A stretch of DNA of 63,912 nt, counting the filler, from Albugo candida (Eukaryota): assembly GCA_040437565.1 (NCBI GenBank). It is 7 parts of 7 records of this genome, joined end to end, with 100 filler letters (N's around TTAATTAATTAA, not from the genome) between each part and the next. Parts side by side here need not be neighbours in the genome. Positions count along the whole stretch, not along the records: positions 48,041 to 56,892 come from JBDOQK010000122.1; positions 56,993 to 63,912 come from JBDOQK010000134.1; 5 more parts are not named here. One strand, written 5' to 3'. The notes beneath the pieces were generated by a model. It saw only the letters and a program-made list of their open reading frames with translations. It ran no database searches and was not told the origin of the DNA. This document shows, one piece after another, positions 53,831 to 63,912 of the stretch (position 1 is its first letter; every line of letters begins with the position of its first letter). The position numbers and the translations under genes were made by a program.

Positions 53831-56379
53831 TTATGATTCACTTGACAGTGCATGATACTGGACACTTCTCCTACCAGTGAAAGCAGAATCCAATATCTCA
53901 TCTTCGTTGACAAGAAATGAGCTTGTTGTATCACTGACGTAGCTAAATTTCCCAAAGTCATCGTTTGCTGTGTGCATCGTCCTTCGTTCACCGCGACGTG
54001 ATTTGAAGCTTTTCCATGGAAATATCATTTGGAAAACACTGTCACTCTTATTGCATTGAGACGCAAGAAATTTATCGAAATCGATCTCTGAGACTCGAAG
54101 TCGTTCTTCTTCCAATGAGATCGGTATTGGCGTCCATGGAGGCTGTATCTTCTTCCTCAAAACAAGTTCCCATTTGACATCTCTAAAAAATGGATGGATC
54201 AATATCTCGCTTGCTTGTCGGGCTCCAAGACGCTTTTTGGGGTCTTTTTCGAGCAATCCGACTATCAGATCTCGAACGTCAGCGGGAATCGACGCCTTTG
54301 ATGGAAATTTGACGCGATCTTTTTCAATGAGTTTATACAGTACTGAGACATTCATATGATGAAAAGGCCGTTTTCCAAAGAGCATCTCATATATCAGGAT
54401 CCCAAGACACCACCAGTCAACAGCTTTTCCATAATCACGCACTCGTTTTGGCTTTAGCAGCTCAGGCGCGGTATATGCAGGTGACCCGGCCATAGTACGC
54501 GCGCCAGACAACGAGTCGACATTCGATTTAGAGAGTCCAAAATCGACCAACGCAATGTTTCCATCTTCGTCGAGCATTATATTATCAGGCTTCAAGTCCC
54601 TATGACGCATCGTTAGTGTCCTTCCTATCCAATATCGGGCGAACGAAAACACTTACCGATACACGATTTCACACGCATGCAAATGGCAAAGCGCCAGCAC
54701 GATCTGTGAGACGTAAAAGCGAACCCGTGCTAAATCCAAAGGGATTTTGATACGATGCTCCTTGTTGTTGGTAAACCGGTTCATGTGTGTGTACAGACTT
54801 CCACCGGGATAATACTCCATTCCGAGAAACACTCGCGATTGACTCTGAAAGGAGAATCTATAGAAACGAATTGGGTGAATTGGACGGAATTCGATGTATT
54901 AGAAGACTCACCTCAACGGAGCGATAAACGGATGGTGGACATCACGTAATATTCGCATTTCTGTTTTAGTACGTAATTTATCGTAATTGGACATGGAATC
55001 TTTTTCGAGGATTTTGATGGCAAATATCTCTCCTGTGTTTCTTCGAGCAGCTAAAACGACAGTACCAAACGTTCCTTTTCCAAGGATTCTATTGACATGA
55101 AAATGTTGGATCGATAGTGACAGCACGCGTTTGGAATTGGAAGCGTATTGATGACGATCCAAGCGAAACGTGTCCGAGTTTTGTAGAGCATTTGCATCGA
55201 CATCGATTTGCATTCGGATACTGAGAATTCGACCACCTGGACTCACTTGCAGCTCATCGCGAAGTGCGAATGCATATACCTTATTAGAGGACTTGTTGCA
55301 CATTTGACCCGAGCCAACGACTTGAAGTACATTTGGATGCTTGGTTGTTATATATCGTGTTACGGTAAAATCTTCGAAATGAACATATTTTGTAATATCC
55401 ACAACAAAATCAACGAGACCTTCTCTTCCATAAAAGGTTACAAGTCGTGATGATTCAGCTGAATACGATACGCTCAAAATCAAATCAGTGGATAACAGTG
55501 AGACCAATGAGAGAAAGCTCGAGGACAAGTCGTTGGTGTTGGTTATAGAGAAGACTGTTGTCCACGTGTTATAGAATTGTTTTACTACACTCAGATTTCG
55601 AGTCTCCCAATCCATTGACGACCGGACTTGAGATGTTGATGATTTCGTGATTGGCTGCGGTAATAAACGTGTTAGAGACCTTGACATAGAATTGTCGTTT
55701 GGAACGTACAGAGTGAATATGACCAGTTAAATTAGCTACCGCCTGCGTGATCATACAAACCCAAATGTCTCGTTCCACGGGTGTGCGAGTGTATATAATA
55801 AACGTTTTATTGATAGTTGTTGTTATCAGCACACCACAAGAACGTGTTTCGTCGTTTCTTGCTGCTGTAACTGTAACACGACCACGATACTTTTCAGTGT
55901 TCAACATGGCCACTTCCTTTGATGTGTAATCTACGAGCAAGACTAAGTAAACCAAACATTAGCAATTGTGATCACATACATGACAAACAAGTTCCAGAGA
56001 GAACAGCGAAGCGATGTCGCCATGATCGAACTACGTGTCCGCGCTTCCATATATAACCTTCCCAGTCCGTTTTGAACATATCTTCGAATGTGTGATTCAC
56101 TTCAGGAGACACACTCAGACGCTGACTGGGATATAATGCTCCGTTATCGTTTCCCGACCCTATTAAAAAACTTTCTTCGCCATTGCTACTATCCCGTTCT
56201 CTTCCATATATCGTGCAGCTTGTGCGTGAGGTAAAGGTGCTTGGGTAGTATCCGGAGAGACGACTTCGTGTACTTGTCAATTTTGATGTCTTTCGGCTTT
56301 CACCTCTCGATATCGCGACTGCATCCTCGTCGGATAAGAGCGTAATTCCTTGGATGGATTTGCGCTGTTGTTCCGGCAT
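53831..56379 (-). CDS. AGC (Akt/RAC-like) kinase with PH and SnoaL/NTF2-like domains, multi-exon
   Basis: PH domain (WEGYIWKRGHVVRSW...ERDIWV). Kinase motifs GKGTFG, AIK, RDLKPDN, DFG, APE and DWWCLG. Confidence 0.9.
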
Positions 56380-56992
56380 TGGGTGTGAATTAAAGTCTTC
56401 CGAATGTTGCGAGAATGGTTCGGATGTAATGACGACTTTTATTCGCTACAATGTATATCGATAAATTCCACGCCTTGTGATATACTTTCTGAAACGATGC
56501 GAGTGCGTCTCAAGAGCAGCGAGAGAGAATGTGGAGGACGTATTATCGGATCGAACGATATGGAGAGAAATTGTATTTGACAGGTAGCTTGAAAAAAGAA
56601 GATCAATTTGACTAATAGTTTACAGCACATAAAATAGATAATCGAAATCAACATCGTTTCTATACCGTTCCTGATCCGAACCTGTCCTCTACATGTGGCC
56701 TCGCATTTTTTACGTAATGTATAAGAATATTGTATATTTTACAAATCGGAAAAGAGAGTCATATGACATGCTCCTCCTACAATACCACAAATATACAAGC
56801 TGTCGCACTCGGCTGCACAGTTTTACTACCGGAAAATCTTGTGCAACTTTATACTTTTTTGTCTACTCTGAATGTTCCATCAAACTTCAAGANNNNNNNN
56901 NNNNNNNNNNNNNNNNNNNNNNNNNNNNNNNNNNNNTTAATTAATTAANNNNNNNNNNNNNNNNNNNNNNNNNNNNNNNNNNNNNNNNNNNN

Positions 56993-57250
56993 TATTATGA
57001 TTGATCTAGATAGCTATATTGATAACAACACTTTATTCTGCATAGAACGTCTTTCTATCATCAAAATTAAAAGAGTTATTTCAAAAACAGACCAATCTTT
57101 TTTTTTTTCACTTGAAAAAAAAATTCCGGATAGAGTTATTTATTATGATTGATCTAGATAGCTATATTGATAAGAACACTTTATTCTGCATAGAACGTCT
57201 TTCTATCATCAAAATTAAAAGAGTTATTTCAAAAGCAGACCAATCTTTTT
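56993..57250. repeat. 148-bp-period direct repeat upstream of the Helentron ORF
   Basis: TATTATGATTGATCTAGATAGC... at 56993 and 57141, near-identical over ~110 bp. Confidence 0.9.
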
Positions 57251-57352
57251 GGCGGTCCTTAAACCGTCTAAGAAAACGATAAAAAATACCCCGTAAACAA
57301 AAAAAGCGCACTTTTTCAATAGCAGTCACGCAGCCTTTTATTTCATATTGTT

Positions 57353-57416
57353 GGCGGGTGGGTGTGTGGTGGTGGGGGCGGGGTTGGGTGGGTTGGGTGG
57401 GGTGGGGTGGGGTAGG
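57353..57416 (+). other. G-tract cluster, potential G-quadruplex
   Basis: Many G3-G5 runs with 1-2 nt loops in otherwise AT-rich DNA. Confidence 0.75.
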
Positions 57417-57514
57417 TAATTGGAATTTTTAATAAAATGTTGTGTTCTCTAAAAAAAAGAACCTTCTTCAATTTGTTTCTTATTAAATTTAACCAAAAAT
57501 AAAAAGATTAGTAA

Positions 57515-60500
57515 ATGCCAAGACAGCGACAAAATTTAAGTGATGCCGAAAGGCGTAAAAAGAAAAGAGAGTACGATAGATTAAGAAGAGCTCGTATTAG
57601 AGCTGAACAACAACAACCTCAAACCCGTAATTCAAACGAGGAAAGAAGAAATTACATGAGAGGTTACATGGCGCAAAGACGTGCAGGATCTTCACAAATA
57701 AGAGAAAATGAAGCTGAAACTAGACGAGAGAATAGACAGACAAGAATTGAAGTCGATACTGATTTTTTAGAAGCTGAAGCTAATAGATCTAGATCTAACA
57801 GAAGTGTTACTACTCCTGAAATTGCGAATGACAATGGAGAGAATGTGAGTATTATATTAATTTTGTTCAAACCATTGCGATTGCTAATTAATAAATTTGG
57901 GCAGGAGCGTTTACAATTTGAAATCAAGGCAAGAGAAGGCCCAACAATAGTGTGTGGATGCTGCGCATGTTTATATTTTAATAAAGACATGAGCATAGTT
58001 ACTGCGGAACAACTTACTGCTAAAGGCATTGGTAATTATATTAAAACTCAGTTTATAAAATTAAATACTCACGTAAATTTAAATTACAGAGCTTGATATG
58101 ATTGAGAAAGTTTTCTGGCCTGTGTCAGAAGGAATCCTTGGACCTACGAATAATAAGCTTTGTAATACTTGCAAAAGAACATTGTTTGATTCCAAAAAAT
58201 TACCGACTATTGCATTAGTAAACGGACTTCACTTTCCAAATGTAGATCCAATTATAAATGATTTAACTAGACTTGAAGAAAGACTTGTAGCAGGAAGACA
58301 TGTTTTTCAGTCTATTTGGACAATGCAAGGAACCAGTGGTCAATATCGCAGTAAGGGAGGAATTGTGAATGTTCCTGTTAACGTAGATACGACAGTTTCC
58401 GCTTTGCCTAGAAAATTAAATGATTCCTGTATAGTCCATGTTGCCTTAGCTAGACGTCTTATATATTTAAAAGATTATATAAAAGGAAATATCGACGTAT
58501 CAAAAGTATGGCGTGCAGCTAATTATTTGACTAGCAAAAGTCTGTATTTAAAATATAATATTGAGATTGACTGCGAATGGATGAATACTGTTGCAGCTGA
58601 GATTGAGGGAGAGCAAGAATCATCTAATCACCTGGATGAAGAGGTTAGAGAATCTGATAATTTAGATGAAAATGTTGAAGTAAATGATGAAAATGTGGAA
58701 GTAAATGACGAAAACGTGGAAGATGAGGTTAATTCTGGTGCTAGAGAGTCAGTGGTTGTTAATGATCACGAAGCTTTAAGAATGGCTCCCGGCGAAGGAA
58801 GGGTCCCCTTGTCAATTTTACAAGACAAGCACAGTGACTTTTTGTCTTTTCCTAAGATTTATTGTGGTGAACTATTAAATGGTATTGATTCTATGTCATA
58901 TGGCAATTATGCTAAGTCTGTCGCTCGAAGATTTGACAGAAGAGGGGTAGAGAGAGTAGATTACCTGTTGTATATGGATCGAAAATACCAGCTGATAAAG
59001 ACATGTGGTAATATAAGTACCGTAATGAGAAAAAGAAAGAAGCCCAATACTTTTAATAGCAATAACCAAGATCAGCCTTTTAGAGCTTCGGATTTTTCCG
59101 ATTTAAATAATATCAACATGTTTTTCACCAAAGATCAAGCATATAAAATCTTTTCTGGTGTACGCTCCTCTACTGAGTATTGGAAAAACCAAAAAAAGAA
59201 TGTTTTAGCTATGGTTCGTCAATTTGGTATCCCTACTATTTTCTTGACATTGTCTGCAGCTGAGACAAAATGGAATGAATTATTGGTAATGCTGAAAAAG
59301 CTAGTCGATGGAGTTACCATTTCTGAAGAACAAGCTGAAGCTCTTTCATCTAAAGAAAAATCCTACCTTCTTCAAAGTGATCCAGTCACATGTGCTAGAT
59401 ATTTCGACTATAGATTTCGACTTTTAAAAAAGACATTTCACTCAAAAAACGGGCCATTTGGATCTCACGTTCCTGAACATTATTATTTTCGTGTGGAATT
59501 TCAACATAGAGGTTCACCTCACATACATGGGTTGTTTTGGTTAAAAAATGCTCCTAATATTAGTTCATCTACTCATCCAGCTTCTGCAGAACAAGTAGTT
59601 AATTTTGTTGATTCGATTATAAGCTGTAGAAAAGAATGGGATGGTAGTTCTCATCACCGGGATAGTAGTTCAAGTAATGATGACACTTGGAAAGAGTTGA
59701 TTAAAAGACAATATCATAAACATACTAGATCTTGTCTTAGAATTAAGAATAATCAGCAATTTTGTCGTTTCAATATACCATTTTTTCCAATGGACAAAAC
59801 TAGAGCTTTAGCACCCATTGCAGAGGGTGAAGAAAGGTTCACAGGAAAACCATTTGAATTCCATAAGACAAATTATAAAAGAATCAAGGAATACTTGCAT
59901 AATAACTGTGAAACAATGAGTGAGGGAAACATGACTTTTGATGAATTTTTAATTAATGTAGGAATTACAGATATGAAATATTATATTCATGCTATCCAAT
60001 GTAGCTTAAAAACAAACAAAGTGATTATAAAACGAAACCCCAATGAAGTGATGATCAATAATTATAACACAAAAATATTTTCTATGTTCAAATCAAATAT
60101 GGATATTCAGTTCGTAATAGATCCTTATGCATGCTGCTCCTACATTGTGGATTATATAAACAAAGCTGATAAAGGAATGAGCAAGGCACTAGAAGAATCT
60201 TATAACAAATGTGTAGAAAATAATAATAGTAGCGCTTTTGACACTTTAAGATCTTTATCAGCTACATACTACAACGCGTGTGAGATATCAGCTCAAGAAG
60301 CTTCTTATAATATATTGCAACTAAGAATGGCTGAATCAAGTTGTGTTTCTTATTTTATACCAACTGCTAAACCTGAAGATCGTATGCATATACTAAAAAG
60401 TCATGAAGAACTGTTAAAATTAAATGCTGATTCAACAGATTGTTTTGAACCTAATTTGATAGACCATTATATTAATCGGCCAGACGAATTAGAGAGTATA

Positions 60501-63500
60501 AATTTGGCTCAATTTACAGCATATTACCAGTACTCTAAGAAAAAACCAAGAAGTAGGTCTAGAAACAGTAATAATGCTACCTTTGATGAAAACATAAATG
60601 AAGATGATGCTAACAACCAAGACGAATATGGCGACATTTTTGAAGATCAAGGTGCAGCATATCAACGTGGTGGTTTAACCGGTCAAGTGTTTGAATTAAA
60701 AAACAATGATGGTTTTATTAAAAGAAGAGGAGCATCAAAAGTAATCCGTTATTTTAAGTACGATTTATCTGAAGAAAATGAAGAAGACTATTATCGTACT
60801 TTAATTATGTTGTATTTAAGTTGGAGGAATGAAGAAGAAGAGCTTTTACATGGACATTGTAAAGAAGTGTACAACACCAATAAGTTGCATGTAGATTCTA
60901 ATAGAAAAGAATTTAATCAGCTTGACGAAGATGCTTTAGAATCCTTCATTAGTCAAATAATGGGAAATAGAGAAGAAGAAGAAGTTAATAACAATGACGA
61001 TGAAGAAGAAGGCCAAGAAGAAGCTAGAGTTAGAAGAACTGCTCCTGGCGACGATGCTAATGATTTTCGTAGATATACTATGGATGTTAATGACTCTGAC
61101 CAAGGAGACTATCATCGTAATGTTGATTTAAATGAAGAATTAGGTGGCAATACCAAAAATAGCACTTACTTTGAGAAAATCCCTGTACCAAATAAGCTTT
61201 CCAAGACTGAATATAATGACTTAATGGCATCTTTAAATGTAAAACAACGTTTATATATTTCGCACGTTATTAATCATATAAGATATAACAGAGACAATGT
61301 TGATATTAGTGATAATGTTGCTGTTGCTAATAATTGGATAACTCCTTTTTCTCCCATCTATCATTTCGTAACTGGTGGTGCTGGTACTGGCAAAAGCTTG
61401 CTCATAAGAGCTTTACACCAATCTTTGATGCGTGAATTTGATAACAACAATAGAGATAGAGATCTTGAAAAACCTTCCGTTATTCTAACTGCATTTACAG
61501 GAAGAGCTGCCTTCAATATCTTTGGTTTAACAATCCATAGTGCTTTTAATTTCCCAGTTTCTCAAGCAGGTAAAAACAGCTATAACACTTTATCAGCAAG
61601 TTTTGCTCAGACTATGTCTGTTGCTCTGAATGACCTTAAAGTAATCATCATTGATGAAATAAGTATGGTTAGTGATACGATGTTTGGATTTATTGATAAA
61701 AGACTTCGGGACATATTCAATCCTAGTATTCCTTTTGGTGGTAGAACAGTAATTGTAGTTGGTGATTTTTTGCAGCTTCCTCCTGTAGGTGCACATTCTC
61801 TCTACACACTTGCTCATGAAAAGAACGGTGATCCCTTCGTATCTTTGTTTAATGAGAATGCCTTTTTCAGTCTTTTCAAAGTACACCGACTTAATGAAAT
61901 TATGAGGCAAAGGGATGACAAACTGTTTGCCGAAGCTTTAAATAGAATGGCTATTGGTATGATGACTCAAGCTGATATCAATTTGTTTCAATCTCGAGTT
62001 CTTGTTTTAAATGAAGATGATATGAAAGAAGTAGTTAGTGGTAGAAAAGCTGTCTCTATTTCAGATGACGATTCAAACATTGATGATGCTAATACACGTA
62101 CTATTCATTTGTTTTTCACTAATAATGATGTACAACGATTTAATCGTACTATTTTGCTCTCTATGAATACTGAAGGTGCTGTTTCAAATGCATACGATAT
62201 AGTTCAAGGAAGTCATTTAAACCAACAAAAAATTGACTCTTTACTGAACTATTTTAAAACTACTGATGGAATTACAAATACTATATGTTTGCCTAGAGTA
62301 CTGTTACTTAAAATTGATGCAAGATACATGATCACCACAAATGTCAATACATCTGATGGATTAGTCAATGGTATAACTGGGGTTCTTAAAAGAATTGATT
62401 ATGGGCAGATAAATACAAATGATAGTAATAATCCTGAAGCATCCTCATCCAGCACTACTGAATCAGAAAGAAAACCACTACGTATATGGTTATTGTTTGA
62501 TGATTTAATGGTAGGAAAAATAGCTAGAAAATCACAAGATTACTTAAGACGTAATTTACACATTGATGAAAACTGGACTATGATGGAACCTCGTACAATG
62601 AATATAAATTCACATTCGTATAAATCCAATCTCAAGCTAATGAGAACACAGTTCCCAATTTTTCCAGCTGAAGCATTGACAGTCCACAAGTCACAAGGTA
62701 GCACTTTTCCCAAAGTCACCGTGTATGATGTAGCTAACAAAAGAATGTCACGATCTCTCTTATACGTTGCTTGTTCTAGAGCTACTACTGCTGCTGGTCT
62801 AACACTAATTTGTAAAGAAAACAAGTTTCAACCTCCTGTCTCTTTGTTCGCAAATGATTCTTCCTTGCGCAGAGAAATTGAAAGACAGCCAACTGTCAAA
62901 TTAATCACCTGCTTTGAGCATCTACTCAAGAATAGTTCAAGTGAATTCAAATTGCAAATTATATCACATAATGTACAGAGTTTACGTGCTCATATTGATC
63001 AAATTAAGAAAGACCAAGTATATCTCTCATCAAATATTATATTGTTACAAGAAACTTGGACCTTAGATAATGATGAGAACTATGAAATAGACAGCTTCAA
63101 GTTAGTGACTAGAGTTAATGCGCCTGGATCTCAGCCTCGAGCTTTAGGATCATGTATATATGTAAAAAATGATTTGGTTACTCGATTATCTTCTACAGAT
63201 CACAAACTCTTTCAGCAAGATACTAATTCAGTTAGTGTTTCCTTGATCACTTTATCAAATGATTTGTACTGCAGCATCTATGCAACTCCAAATTGTTCTT
63301 CTCAACTTTTAATAGATGCTTTACAATTTGTCATTGAACAACACGAATTTGAAAACATTACTATTGCAGGTGATTTTAACACTGATTTTAAGACCTCATC
63401 AAGAAAAACAGATGCTATGGTTGAATATTTCGCATCTTTCGGAATTAAAAGTACATTAAGTGAAACAATCTCTTCTACGACATCTGCAAATACGTTTATC

Positions 63501-63608
63501 GATAATATATTCTCTTCCGAAGCTACAGTTGAATCTGGAAGGTACATTTCGTTTACTAGCTTTCATGAGCCTTTATGGTTAAAAATAGACAAGTCGCTAC
63601 CTTCTTAA
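57515..63608 (+). CDS. Helentron/Helitron2 RepHel transposase: HUH Rep, PIF1 helicase and C-terminal APE endonuclease (~1990 aa; predicted introns 57845-57904 and 58032-58089)
   Basis: CGCC/CNTC zinc motif, FLTLSA, VEFQHRGSPHIHGLFW, YIVDYINK, GGAGTGKS, IIDEISMV, GDFLQLPPV and TVHKSQG. The EEP domain shows HNVQSL, LQETW, GDFN, IDNIF and SFHEPL. Confidence 0.95.
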
Positions 63609-63912
63609 TGTTAAATTAATCTCTACATATATTTTTTTTATGAATAAACTATAAATATTTTTTTTTTTGAATAAACTATAAATATTCAAATATGCCCCTA
63701 TTGGATAAATTGTGACTACACATCAAATATTTTTCAGACTTAATTGGGACCGCCTGACTCAGCTCCGAGGGCGCTGAATGTTTTATACTTGATTCGTATG
63801 ACGAATGGGTAATATCCTATATGTATACATTGAATGATTAATAGAAAAATTAAAAAGTATGAGTTTTTTTTTACTTACAGATAAAGAAGCGTTATAACCT
63901 TCGCTTTCAGTG

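Larger units (their letters stand above)
56993..63912 (+). mobile_element. Helentron (endonuclease-bearing Helitron); termini not defined
   Basis: Intact RepHel-EN ORF, AT-rich flanks, and candidate hairpins near 63756-63777 and 63887-63908. Confidence 0.85.

Overview
Eukaryotic DNA, most likely an oomycete of the genus Albugo (inferred from a CHXC/CCG effector motif, short introns and oomycete-type TEs). The window is not one locus. It is about 7 scaffolds of decreasing size, joined by artificial N-TTAATTAATTAA-N linkers at 10085, 20096, 29588, 38980, 47941 and 56893. Housekeeping genes: PPT1, tafazzin, PP2A catalytic subunit (truncated at a contig end), ABCB10/MDL1-like transporter, ARG1-like DnaJ, RIB2-like deaminase, U2A' with a SAP tail, and a PH-SnoaL-AGC kinase. 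Also present: a disrupted CCG effector and a probable degraded paralog, a Tc1/Tc3 element, Copia, Gypsy and MULE relics, a 458-bp repeat array with an inversion, and an intact Helentron (Rep-PIF1-APE). The most striking signal is at 12.2-20.1 kb: a nested pile of L1/Tx1-like non-LTR retrotransposons plus a tRNA-headed SINE. Every visible 3' junction lies at GCT(C/T)AG, the Pol III A-box core, antisense to it, and 16-bp target duplications are seen where both ends are visible. The U2A' gene also appears to contain a U12-type AT-AC intron.
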